NCBI GenBank assembly: GCA_017654855.1
Contig: CM030332.1
Span: forward strand, 2,480,001-2,544,000
Direction: 5' to 3'
DNA length: 64,000 bases
Origin: Podospora anserina
Taxonomy: Eukaryota
Shown in pieces: positions 26,190-38,310 of the stretch; the first letter of the stretch is position 1; each line of letters begins with the position of its first letter. Position numbers and translations under genes: made by a program. The notes beneath the pieces were generated by a model. That model saw nothing but the letters and a program-made list of their open reading frames with translations, was not told the origin of the DNA and did not search any database.

Positions 26190-27910
26190 CGCTCGTGTCC
26201 CGGCTGCTTCTCGCTTCCCTATAGTTGTACCATTCACAATGCCCCGTAATCCCGCGTTGGGGATCTCTTGGTGTGACGATGCCGAGTTGTTGATGAGTTG
26301 CTGTTGCTCTCTTGGCGTAAAGGGAGGGCCCCGTGTGTTTGTCAGAGAATGAAAGAATCACCTGCCGCTTTCACGAAATCAAAGAACCAAAGGGAAAACG
26401 TGCCAGTTAACGGAGACCCGGCCGAGAGTCGAATCCACCGGGCGCTGTGATGCCCACTAGATGCCGAGTTTATGATGAGATGGTCACACACATCTTCCAT
26501 TCTTGAGAGAAGAGACGCGCAGTAGCGCTCCTGCTGAAAGACGCGATTTCTTGGCTACCTGAGGCAGGTGCACAGACCATACATGCCATTCTAGCGACCC
26601 ACCAACCCTGGAACTCCCCTTAGACGAAGCAACCATGACCATTCATGGATTCATCTACCAGTGAGCCTCACCACTTGCGTCCCTGAGGTTTATCAATACT
26701 CGCGGTGTTTGAAAAAGATCTCACGGGACATTATTTAGTTTTCAAACTTGCCGGGGTATCTCAAGCTTGGGGTATTAAGCCCATAGCCGAGCAGGATAAC
26801 CCTATTCACTGCCAACCTTCAGTTAAGGTGTAATATTGTCGAGAGCCTCTCGGTATTCTAAGATGTTTTAGATACATTATGTGCATGCTTGCTTGTTTTG
26901 CCATCGTTGAAATGAAGCTGAGTGTAAGGCTCTTCTAGTTCTGCTGTTCCATTCAAGACCAGCAACTGAAAAGAAAATATATGACATCTATAGAAAGAGC
27001 CATCATAGGGCCTGGCATTGATTTTGTAACCCTGAGACTCTACTCTACCTTCAGCTACCGCAGCATCATATAAGCTAGCTGGCAGTCAGCTTCAGAAACA
27101 CCCATGAAAGCCTCCTCCAAACATGACAATCCACATCGGGATTAGCGGCCGCCGCGCACCGATGTCAGGGGTCCGTCCCTGGGGATCCGGCAGTTTAGGC
27201 AACGAATTTATCAGAGTTACATACAAAAGGCCCACATGAATCGGTTCCGCAAGGTTCGAAAGCCATTTTGTAAACTTTCGATGAACTCCGACTCTAAATA
27301 TCAAGTCGCAAAGTCAAGGTACCTACCCTACTCTATTCGTAGCGGCTTAACAAATCCCCCTCCAAGTTACCTATATTCTCCCAGTAAACCATCAGCAAAC
27401 CTTGCTTCAAAGCCGAAGCTCTCAGGCTTGCCGTTTAGAAACAGCATTCAACCCGATTGAAACCTCCAATTGGACCGCTCTCTCACCCCGCATCCATATC
27501 TTCCGATGCGTCCTTGTGCTGTGTCCCGCAAAGCACATGCTTCACAACAAATCAGACTTCCATATAAACGAGTGTGGACTGTGCTGGTGGAGAACATATT
27601 GATCCTGACCTTGTTACTCAACAGGTACAGGTAGCATTTCAACAGACCAGATCGGATTGGATGATTAATCCCACCATATTATGGAGTGAGAGGAGGGGCC
27701 GCGCTAAATAGCACGACATCCCACATCATGACATCCTGAACTTTCCGATGTACCTTTGCCTCTGTGACATAACATACCTATATACTGCTGATAGTCTCTC
27801 ATCATCTCTCTACCTCATCTTACAGCTGTGCTTCTAACTACTCCCAAATCCCCTCAAGGCACCCTTCAAGGCTCTATCATTACAATAGCTACCCCTCCCT
27901 CACCGACGTC

Positions 27911-28533
27911 ATGTCTGGCTTCCCCAAACTCATCCCCGCCTTCACGGCCAGAGTAAGCCCCCCTCATCCCTCGCCAGCAATAAAACACCCCCCCTTACAC
28001 CGTATCAACATTCCCCCTACCACCACATATACACCACCCCTCCCCTTCCCTCTCAAACCTCAACTAACCCTCTCCAGATCGCCATAGAGCCCCCCACCGC
28101 CATCTCCCCCCACCTCCTCCATGTCCCCTTCGTCCCCTCCCTCGGCTCCCTAATCTCCGAACCCTCCTACCCCCTCAAGCTCAACGCCCCCATCCTCCAC
28201 GGCGCAGACTACATCACCACCCAACCCGACGGCAAGACCGTCAAGCTCGAGGTCCAGTCCGTAGCCAAGGACGCCTCCACCGGCGCCACCATCCGCTTCA
28301 ACTACACCGGCACCGTCTCCCTCCTCGGCGCCGCCGGCAAGGTCCTCAAGGGCGACCCCTCTGCCGCAACCACCGACTTTGGCGAGGCCTTCATCCACCC
28401 CGTCTTCCAGACCGGTGGTGTCCCCGAGTTGGCCGAGCTGGCGAACAAGGTATATGTTGGGTCTGGGAGGTTCATCTTGGAAGAGGGCAAGCCCGTTATT
28501 GTCGAGTACAAGATTAGTGAGGTTGTTGCCTAG
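27911..28533 (+). CDS. DUF3237/UPF0311-like beta-barrel protein; intron 27953-28077; absent from the ORF track
   Basis: MSGFPKLIPAFTAR, then GTAAGC...CTAAC...CAG, then IAIEPP...HGADYITTQPDGKTVKLEV...FNYTG...TTDFGEAF...FQTG...KVYVGSGRF...VEYKISEV-TAG. Confidence 0.8.
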
Positions 28534-29524
28534 GTGCTGGTTGGATAGTATAGTGGATGATTTGAGTGCGTGTCAAAGGAATGATACAAAATAGTTACAC
28601 AAAACAGATGCATGTCAAAGCAAGCCAAAGTAAAAAGGTCTTAATTGTGCAGTCTCGCTATAATCCCCCGAAATCCCAGATAACAAAAGCAAATGAACCG
28701 CTATCCCTCTCCACAATCCCTCCACCGCCCTCTCATAAGTATTCCCAGACCTCTTGATGCGATATCTCCCAACGCCTTGGTATGCCAGTCGTAAGATGAG
28801 ATCGAAAAAAAGTCAAATGCCGTAAGAGCCGAGAACTCCAATGAAAAAGGCAGAAAGAAAAGGAAAGAAAAGCCAGTCCAGATATTATTTGTGAAGCGCT
28901 CCAGAGGTATCAATGCTATATCAGTGAAAAGACCTAAGTGTCCTTAGACTTGAAGACACCGTCAACTCCAGGCTCAGAGTCGCCATAAACTTCAGCGTCG
29001 AAGCTGTCTTCGTCTTGATAGTCGGAAGGCTTCTCATTGATACTGGGAGACTTCCAGTTGTTCGGTGTCGAACGCAGCAAGTTGTGTCCGGGGATAAAGG
29101 TGTTCAAAGCCACGGGGGCAGCAGGTGGCGTAATTTCAAGAATGAGATCGTCCACGTCCTCCTCCGAAATAACACTACCACCAATGGGGGAGCAAAAGTC
29201 GTGAGAGCCCAAGTCGCTACCGTTGTCCACAGTCGTTGATTTGCGGATATTCGCAATGTCAAAATCGTGGTCATTGTTTTTAAACTTGCGGTTGATACCG
29301 CCCTTCAGCTTGCCATGAATGTCAAAATTCGGAAGCTTAGAGTTATCAAAACCACCCGCAGGCTGAGACTCACCAACTTTACCGATATTTAGGATTAGCT
29401 CGGCTGTAAGTTTGGTGACTTGATCACTCCCGGTATAGTTGTCGTCATTACCCGCCGTAACTGCCTCCTCGCAACTGCCAATTGGTGTACAATCATCCCC
29501 GGGCTTGTTGTCGTGCCTCTGCTT

Positions 29525-30674
29525 CTAGCGGTGACCTTGCAGGGAGAATTGAGCTCTCAAGGCCAAAATCTGCTGCTTCTCGGCTTCGGGAAGCATGTCA
29601 ATCGTCTCTTGAGGTAGCTCCATGACAGCACGCATCAGGGCCTCAGGGTCCTGAGCAGGAGGGGGGGCAGCGACAGGAGGAGGCGCGGCACCAGGGACCG
29701 GAACAACCGGGGCAGCGACGGGAGGGGCGGCATAACCACCGACTGGAGTGCCGGTCGCCGCAGGGACAGGGTAGCCGCCATAGTTGGCGGGGACAGCCGC
29801 AGGAGGCGGGGCAACGCTCACACCAGTGTCGAGGACGGAGTTGATGGCGTCCGGTGACACCAAGCCCATGATCAACAGGGCCTGGAAAACAGCATAACCA
29901 AGCTGGGGAGCTTGGTTCAACAGCTCGGCGCAGCGCGCAGGGTCGTTGGTCGCCAGCGTCTTCATCTGCTGGATGATGTCCAGCAGCTGCGCCGGGGGCA
30001 GGGTGCGAAGCGTTTGCGATATGGCATCGGTGCAGCTCACACCAGGAGGGAGATCTTTGCCCTGGGGCAAAGGAGGGAGCGACGAACCGCCCGCGGGGAC
30101 GACCGGCGCGGCAACGTTGTTACCGTTCGACGGCGCCGAGTAACCGGCAGCAGAAGGGCCCTGGAAAGTATTAGTTTGGATGAATCTCGGATAAAGAAAT
30201 ATCGAGACTTACAGCAGCGTCACGGTCACGACCATCTTCGTCGCTGACCGTTTCATTGCTAAAGTCGACACGCAACTTCCGTCCCATAATCTCATAATCA
30301 TTCAAGTTTCGGACGGCTGAAGAAGCAGAGTCTAAGGGAATAAAAAGTCAGCAAAAGTAACTTTGAGTATGCGGCTCTGCGACATTTCCACGCCACAGGC
30401 CGGTGTCATGTCAGCCTTGAAGAGACTACTTACCGTGGTCAGGGAACTCAGCGAAACCAAAGCCCTTGGGGCGACCAGTCTCTCGATCATAGACGAGGCG
30501 AAAGTTCAGGACGCGACCAGCACCACTGAAGATTTCAGTGATTTGCTCCTCGGTGAGTCCTGCAGATAACGGGTTGTTAGCAATCGACTTTGAAAAGACG
30601 TAATATGATCTCGACGACTTGCCATATGGGATGTTGCCCACGAAGACGACACGAGAGGGCTGTCTGTTTGACAT
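29525..30674 (-). CDS. RNA15: Polyadenylation factor CstF-64/Rna15; introns 30622-30560 (GC-AG), 30433-30332 and 30212-30161
   Basis: RRM SRVVFVGNIPYG|LTEEQ...RLVYDRETGRPKGFGFAEF...SAVRNLNDYEIMGRKLRVDFS. Hinge DAISQTLRTLPPAQLLDIIQQMK...PQLGYAVFQALLIMGLV. C-terminal IDMLPEAEKQQILALRAQ. Confidence 0.93.
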
Positions 30675-31422
30675 CTTTGCGATCAGAGGATGCGCAAAGC
30701 CTGGAGTGAAAAGAGTCGCTTTGAAAATTCGGTGGAAATAAGTAATTGACTGGCAGAGAGTCGATGACTAATTGAAATGGAAGTCGCGGCGTCAATGTTG
30801 TCTCGGCGAAGGAAGGGGAAAAAAGGCTGGTTGCGATGATGCGTTGCGCTTCGATGCGATGCGAAGCAGTAGTTGACAAGTCACCCTGGTCTTGAGAGGC
30901 GCGAAGGGCAAAATCCGTGGAAGGAACAATCAAATTCACCACAATAGGTGTGAACTACCGATAGCAATTGGGACTTGAATTGCTCCTTCTCATCCAATAT
31001 CACACTGGCCGCTAAATTTTTACAAAGACTGTGCAAGACCGTCTGAACTTGCTCACTTTGGCGACAACTGGGCGATGGTGGTGGGGGACAATTGACTGGA
31101 TGTTGATGGAGCAATCGGAAGGTGAGGTTCAATTCTTGGGCTAAAAATGTATGGAGCAAAGTACCCCAGTACCGTGAACCAGCCTGGATTTGGCCAAGCT
31201 TTGAGGCGCGAAGAGCAAGGATGTGAATGTCACGAGAGCACGTGATATGGGTTTGGAGAGAGGTGGCCCATGCGTGCTGGGAACCCTGCTTCCTGCAAGT
31301 GGTGTTCGTCAGCGATGAAGAGAAGCGACTGGTTCCACACCTCGTGAAGCTGCAAGCTCTTTCTCCACAGCGCAAACCAGCTGCCATTCAGCACCAGCCA
31401 CTATACCTAGACAACAGACAAG

Positions 31423-32462
31423 ATGGCGAACCGCAATCCCTTCCAGGATTATATGAACAAGCTGCAGTATGCGGCCCAACAAACTCGCTCCGGAGGCAGA
31501 ATGCCCGGCGGAGGTGGTGGCATCGCAGGAGGGGTTGCTGCTCTCGCTGTCCTTGGTGGTGGCGCCTTGCTGTTTCAGAGTGCGCTGTTCAACGTCGATG
31601 GTGGTCACAGAGCGATCAAGTACCGGAGAATAAGTGGTGTCAGCAAGGATATCTATACCGAAGGTATGTTGGGTTTAGACATTACACTCTTGCTGTAGAG
31701 ACAGACTAACTGACTTATAAATATTCACACAGGAACTCACTTTGTCGTCCCATGGTTCGAGACTCCTATTGTCTACGATGTTCGTGCTAAGCCGAGAAAC
31801 GTTTCTTCCCTCACCGGTACCAAGGATCTTCAAATGGTCAACATCACCTGCCGTGTCCTCTCGAGACCCGAAATCACCGCCCTTCCTCAGATCTACCGCA
31901 CTCTCGGCACCGACTATGACGAGCGTGTCCTCCCTTCGATTGTCAACGAAGTGCTGAAGAGCGTTGTTGCCCAGTTCAATGCCAGTCAGCTGATCACACA
32001 AAGAGAAATGGTTGCCAAGCTGGTTCGTGAGAACCTCTCCAGGAGAGCTGCGCGCTTCAACATTCTTCTGGACGACGTGTCTTTGACGGTGGGTTCCTCT
32101 TTGTGGAAATCACATTGCTTAACAAACCGCTAACAATTTATTAGCATCTTGCCTTCTCTCCTGAGTTCACAGCTGCCGTTGAAGCCAAGCAGGTTGCCCA
32201 ACAAGAGGCTCAACGTGCCGCATTCATCGTCGACAAGGCTCGCCAGGAGAAGCAGGCCATGGTTGTCAAGGCTCAGGGTGAGGCTCGCTCTGCTGAGCTC
32301 ATTGGTGAGGCTATCAAGAAGAACAAGTCATATCTGGAGTTGAAGAAGCTGGAGAACGCTCGTTCCATTGCCCAGATCATCCAGGAGGCTGGTGGCAAGA
32401 ACAGACTGCTCCTTGACTCTGAAGGTCTTGGGTTGAACGTCTTTGATGAGGAGAACAAATAA
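31423..32462 (+). CDS. PHB2: Prohibitin-2; introns 31664-31732 and 32089-32144
   Basis: [91 protein letters not shown]. Confidence 0.95.
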
Positions 32463-33104
32463 GGAAGCTGTGTTTTGAAAGAGGTGGGAATGGAGGTATT
32501 GAATCAATCTCCACTGTCTGTATGTATAGGCTGAACATTTTACAAAGCCCCTGTGTATGAGTACGTTGGTGAAAAGATGCATTGAAGAAGTCATGAAGTG
32601 TCTGGAGTTGGCGGTCAGAGTCACACATTTTGAGAAACTTATTTGTTCATCCCGTTTATTTTTGAGTACATTGTCAGCATAATGGTCTTTATTGCCCCTT
32701 AAGTAACAGCTCCAGCAGCTCAATAAGGCTGAACAATTAATGGGCCTCATCCATTACCAAGCAGCCCCCAGCGAGCCAAGCCTGAGGCTCACCCACCAAC
32801 CCCACACAAACCGACCGACCCGCGGACCCACAATCAACCTACCTGCCCCACTAACCCCTCCTTGCGGCCGCCTGCTGGGACAGCAGCTGCCATCGATGGC
32901 GGGTGGCTCACTTGGCGACTGCTGCCTCTCGAGCTTGCCAGCATTGCTGACCGGTGTAGTATTCTTCCTCTTTCTGCCAGCAACAACATTCACCACCATC
33001 CCACGAGTGCTTGATCTTGAAGAACAACAACCAACAGATAGACAACTATCCCTTATTTCACCCAAGAATCACTTAGTGGAAAGACACAAAAGCCAAACGC
33101 CAAG

Positions 33105-33484
33105 ATGCTCGTAAAGTCCGTTCAGCCCCGCCATACCGTGCTTGCGCGATGAACTGACTGACGGGTGGGATAGAGTACGCACCCTCACCGGAAAGGAAAT
33201 CGAGCTCAACGTCGAGGGCTCCGACAAGGTCTCCAAGATCAAGGAGCTGGTGGAGGAGAAGGAGGGGATCCCGCCCGTGCAGCAGAGGTTGATCTTTGGG
33301 GGGAAACAAATGTACCCTCCCCCACACCACCACTACCACCACCACCACCACTTATTTTGAGTGTGTTAATAGTTGCTAATGATGGTAAAAAACCAATAGG
33401 GTCGACGACAAAACCGCTGATGACTATGGGCTTGAGGGTGGCGCGACGTTACATTTGGTTTTGGCGTTGAGGGGTGGGCTTTAA
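33105..33484 (+). CDS. NEDD8: Ubiquitin-like modifier NEDD8/Rub1; introns 33116-33173 and 33312-33399
   Basis: Spliced product [15 protein letters not shown]...[20 protein letters not shown]...[11 protein letters not shown]. Ala at position 72 (LALRGG) distinguishes NEDD8 from ubiquitin. Confidence 0.93.
33325..33351. repeat. (CAC)n microsatellite in NEDD8 intron 2
   Basis: About nine CAC units with one interruption. Confidence 0.8.
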
Positions 33485-34161
33485 AAAAGAAAGAAAAAAA
33501 TGATAGGGAGGGAAAGGGGATAATGGGGGTGGTAGCTGTAAAGGGTTATGAATATAGGCAATACGGCAGAGTGGGAAAGTTTGGCTGTTGTTAGGTACAA
33601 CAAGATGAGGCAAACAAGGTGATGATGATGGTGGACATCAGCGCTGTGGAGGAAGGGTGACAGTGTTTTGTTGAGGAGGTAGCGTAGATGGTGGGTAGGT
33701 GGGATCGAGCGTCTTATGGGATATGATCTTGCCTTGCCTAGGGAAAGTCACTCATGAATGAAGAATGCATATTTACATCAGTCTTCGCCTCGTGTGCTGA
33801 ACCGAATATATGGATGGAGATCAAGATGCTGAACACGATCAGAAGCAATTCGAGTCTTGGAAAACCCATCACTTAAAAACGATATATAAGCAGAAGTAAA
33901 GCCCCGTATAAAAGCCCATCCATTCAATCGATCATCGTACACATTCATATAACCATAGGTCATGCCCGTGTAAAAACCATTCCATTCATCCCTCCATCGT
34001 ACACCAACTTCCAGATAGGCACCGCTTAATCTCGGGTATCTGCTTGTATCAAGCTTAAAAAACCATCTCAACGCCTGCTGAAAATGCCAACCATCCTCGC
34101 TGATTTCCATGCAAATCCCAAAATTCGAATTCCCCCACAAAATGCATCCCTTCTACGTTCC

Positions 34162-35422
34162 CTAACGGGGGACCCGCTTGCTCGGACGCATGAAAATGTC
34201 CACAGGTTTGCGCTTGCGGACGATAGGAGCAGCGGGCCCCCTAGAGCCGACAGCAGGCGAGTTGCTAGCACCCGCAGGCGCGGGTGCGGGCGAGGTCTCG
34301 CCAGTGAACGACTTTGGTGGCGAGCGGGCCGCCACCGGTGCCTTGATGGCGCCAGGCGTCGCAGAGAGAAGACCACGGGGTCTGGCGACGGGTTGTTTCT
34401 TGGGAGAAACGACCCTCTCCACCGCGGCTTCGAGTTCCTCCACAGACAGGCTTCCACGCTGGGGAGGACTGGCGGGTTCGTCATCACCAAACAAGTCGTC
34501 ACCCCCATTGCTGGGGATGTGGTCGTCTTCATCATCGCTGAAGGAGATGATGTTGGCTGGTTTGGCGATGGCGGTGCCCTTGCCCTTGATTGAAAGGAGC
34601 CGGTTCTCGCGTTCTTTGCGGTCACGATCACTGACTGTGGTGTCAGAGGCCTTTCTGATTGGGGCGTTGACAATGGTGGCAGCGGCGTCGAACTGGCGAT
34701 TGATACGAGCGTCGTTCTGCATGGCAATTGGTGCCTGTCTGATTTGGCTTTGCCTGACAGGAATGCGGCCAGCGGGGTTGGAGAGCTTCAGACGACTGGT
34801 CTCAGCGGCGACTTGCCTCTTGGCCTTAGCAATGAAAGTCTTCTTCGGGCGAGGCTGAGAGGACCAGTGGCCGGCTTTGGGACCCTCGCGTTGGCGTTGC
34901 GAATAGTGAAGAGGCAGTCGGCGAGATTCAGGAACAGAGATAATCTTGGCTTGACGGGAGGAACGCTGGCCATTGGCATCTTCCATTTTCTTCATGAAGG
35001 CATTGGTAGCCTCTTCGAGCTGTTGGTTGTAGACCGTCTCGTACTTCTTATAGACTTTGTACCAAGACTTTGGGTCCTTTGGCTGCCAACTATACTGAGC
35101 AGCAAGCGTTTTGAAGTCGCGCTCGATAAGATGCTTCCAATCTATCGACCAATGTTAGCAATGAGTCCCGAGCCAAGGGCAAATAATGGCAGAACTTACG
35201 AGATGGTGAAACTTCGTAGATTCGCTCATCTGTCTCCTGCTCGAGGGTGTGAAGGTGCTCGGCGGTCTTCACGGCCCTGAGGACCGGCTGCAAGAGGTGG
35301 GTAGGCATGTCTCCTAAGCTTGGGATGTCTTGAATGTTTCTAATTGCGACATCAAGAGCCATGTCGAGAAGAGGACGAGGACCGTTCCTCCGAAAAGGGC
35401 CGGTAGATATTTGAAGCTCCAT
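34162..35422 (-). CDS. ELA1: Elongin A (RNA polymerase II elongation factor / cullin-RING substrate receptor); intron 35199-35142
   Basis: BC-box-like PRPLLDMALDVAIRNIQDIPSLGDMPTHLLQPVL, then spliced HWKHLIERDF...SWYKVY. Basic C-terminus RKRKPVDIFMRPSKR. Confidence 0.8.
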
Positions 35423-36477
35423 GATGACTGAAAGTGGGTCTCACCCGTGGTGACAATAGTGGTGACAATAGGGTGGAAGTCGAACAATGGAATCAATAGA
35501 AAGTTGCGGGGCGGGTGGCTTGGAGTTGGAGATGTTGCTCTCGTAGAATTTGCTCGTTGTGCGCCGACCGTCGTCCAGAACTGATCCAATAAGCACCTTC
35601 GAAAAGACACAGATGATGTTCAGGGAAGGTGATGGTGAGACCGTAAAGAGGTCCGGGAAAACGGGCCTTTAACCAGGGAAGTTGTGATCAAAGGTAGATT
35701 CTATTAGATATCCTTTTGCGCAAAAAATCATTGCACCATCCAGCTCAGAAGTGTACGAAAGTATCACCAAAGTCGAGAATCAAGTGAGATCCAGAAGGTT
35801 TCAAGATAGGAGGTTGCGACTCTCTTTTATACAACCGTCACCTGCTACTAGGGTGCCCGGGCCACATGAGCCTCGGGACCCGCATCGCGGATCCACCAAT
35901 CCCCAATAGGCTAGTGCAGATCTATTCATTGTCTGGCAGCCCATTTGAGGAACTTGAGAGCATTGTCGATGCATATGCCTGGTCGAGAATGATTCTTTAA
36001 AACGGCATCTAGTTTGACTATTTGACGTATTCCCGCAGAGTTTCCAAACGGAGTTTTCGCTCGTCGCGGTTGGTAACTCTGGCAGAGCAGGTACGGAGTA
36101 CAGTAGATTCTCCAATCTCCGTCACGGACATCTCTTGGCATTGACCTCTCGGCGCGCCAGGGTCCAGGGAAGCCGCAAACTGCCCAAGAAGCTGGATTGG
36201 CGCGCAAACTGCGCTCTTCAAACCTGACAACAAACTTTCAACCGCTGCACTTCTGTCCCCAACAACCACCATCCTGACCGAAGTTACCATAGCTCCATCC
36301 ACGGAGCTACTGAAACCAAACTTACGCGTAAATACCTAATTGCGGGTACTTGAGGCGATTTCGCACTTTCCAGAGAAATCGGCCGAGATCGACAGCATCT
36401 TGTGACGCCAGTATTGTCGAACCACTCAGAGTGCCACGAGCCTCCCACCCAGTTTCACACTTATACCAGATCCCCAA

Positions 36478-37623
36478 ATGGAGCGACCAGAAGGCTGGGG
36501 CCTCCTAAGCGAAAAAGAAGAAAATGAACTCCACAAAGCCCGACTCCTCGCCGTAGAAGAGAAGGCCTACAAGCGCATCACCAAGCGCATCAACACCCTC
36601 TACCGCTTCGCAGACCCCATCCTCATGCGAGAGCCAGAAAATTACCCGTCCCAAAAAGATGACACCTCCAGCCCAGCCCCTACTCCCGCCGCTGTCCCCG
36701 ATGTCACCACCCCGAGACTCGACTACGCCCGAATGTACCAAGACATCACCCTCGACTTCGCCGCCTTTGACAGCAGCATGGAGCGCCTCCAATTCCTCTT
36801 CACCGCCAACGAAAAGGACAGGCAACACTACGCCCAAGAGCGCGAGCGAATCAAGCGCGACATCACCTCTGTCCGCGCCAACATCATCCACCTCAATCAG
36901 AAATTGGAGCAGGCGAAAGAGACGCAGGAGCAGCGGAAGCAGTTTGACAAGTTGGCGGATGAGATCACAAAAAATCCAGCTTTGCGCGCTCGGGAGGAGC
37001 AAAAGGCGGCTATAAGGAAGCTGCAAGATGAAATTGCCGAGCTCAAGGCGGAGAGTTCTACCTACAGCGACACATGGGTCGAGCGCCGCAATCAGTTCTC
37101 TAGGATCATGGATGAATCTATGGCACTTCGGCGGTTGATCAGGGATGAGAAGGAGGAAGTTGAGAGAAGGGAGGGTATGGATGAGTCGAATGAGGCAGAG
37201 GCTGGACAGACGCCTAGGCCGGGAACGCCTGGCGGGAATGCTACTCCTAGGGGGGAGAGCGGACTTAAGAACTCGATTGAGGCTGGGGATGTGGTTGGCA
37301 CTCCTAGGGCGATGTCCACGGCGGGTGGTAGGACACCTGCTAGGGAGAGTCCCGCGCCGTCGACGCAGGATAATGGGTCGTTTCTGAAGCCGGGGAATGC
37401 GCTGGGGGCAAGCTTTGGGAGTGGTGGGCAGAGTAGGGAGGGGACGGCGGAGCATAGGACTGAGCAAGAGGAGCGGGAGGGGAGGGATCAGGGTGATGTT
37501 GAGATGGAGGATGAGCCGCCGAGGGATGATGAGTCGGAGCCGGATAGCCCTCTGTCTCCCCCGCCAGCGGACTTGCCTCAGATTTTGGTGGACGGACAGG
37601 GCGATAGTATGGATACCACATGA
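36478..37623 (+). CDS. THOC7: THO complex subunit 7 (Thoc7/Mft1-like) with an acidic disordered tail
   Basis: EENELHKARLLAVEEKAYKRITKR, LDFAAFDSSMERLQFL and a long coiled coil to WVERRNQF. Intronless 381-aa ORF. Confidence 0.75.
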   Translation: MERPEGWGLLSEKEENELHKARLLAVEEKAYKRITKRINTLYRFADPILMREPENYPSQKDDTSSPAPTPAAVPDVTTPRLDYARMYQDITLDFAAFDSSMERLQFLFTANEKDRQHYAQERERIKRDITSVRANIIHLNQKLEQAKETQEQRKQFDKLADEITKNPALRAREEQKAAIRKLQDEIAELKAESSTYSDTWVERRNQFSRIMDESMALRRLIRDEKEEVERREGMDESNEAEAGQTPRPGTPGGNATPRGESGLKNSIEAGDVVGTPRAMSTAGGRTPARESPAPSTQDNGSFLKPGNALGASFGSGGQSREGTAEHRTEQEEREGRDQGDVEMEDEPPRDDESEPDSPLSPPPADLPQILVDGQGDSMDTT

Positions 37624-37878
37624 ACACGGAAAATGACAGACATGGTTAAGGAGGGCGCAATGCAATGTAAAGATATCGTCTGATTGTTGCTAGATATCCT
37701 GTCTAGGCAACATTTAACACTCAACTGAGCCAAGAACAACTACTTGTTAGATAGCGTTAATACCAACAATGTAATGTAAACTGGTACAATATAAATCAAT
37801 TTGTAGTTCAAGCACCTCATCGTCAAATAATATTAATTATGAACACGGCCTACTTGCTTTTCTTCCATGAAATATCTA

Positions 37879-38310
37879 CTACTCCTGCTTAGCAACCTTC
37901 TTCCCACTCTCCACAGCCTCCCTCGCCTTCTTCAGCTCCTCCTCCTTGCCCTCCGCCCCATCGCTCTCCGTGATGGCGATTTGCTCCTCCAGGTTCTGGA
38001 CAGCTTCGGAGATCTTGTCACGGAGAGGACCGAAGACGGCTTTGGTTTCCTCGAGGGCGGTTTGCTATTGTTGAGGGTTAGGGTTATTCCAACGAATCTG
38101 TCAGGAGGACAGTTGAAGAGAATCATTTACCTCTTGCTTCAACATGTAAGGGGCGTTGCTGTCGAGGTCGGGCTTGCCGGCGGCAATCTCAGTCTGGAGC
38201 TTGGAGATGCGGGTTTCTTGATGGGCGAGCTCCTTGTGGTAGTAGGACTCTTCTTTTACGAGGCGGAGGACAGAGTTGGTTGCTCTCTCGAGGGGGGTGG
38301 GGGGTGCCAT
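37879..38310 (-). CDS. RBL2: Tubulin-binding cofactor A; intron 38130-38065
   Basis: ATNSVLRLVKEESYYHKE...NAPYMLKQE|QTALEETKAVFGPLRDKISEAVQNLE. GTAAAT...CTAAC...TAG intron. Ends TAG TAG. Confidence 0.88.

Noticed and set aside
36505-37665. 386-aa antisense ORF over THOC7, and similar ones over SUR7, PPZ, SERCA, PUP3, the lipase and Elongin A
   Set aside because: These are shadow ORFs produced by codon bias of the real gene on the opposite strand, with no recognisable motifs.
37876-37881. Tandem TAG TAG at the end of TBCA
   Set aside because: Only about 12 codons follow; it looks like an ordinary backup stop.
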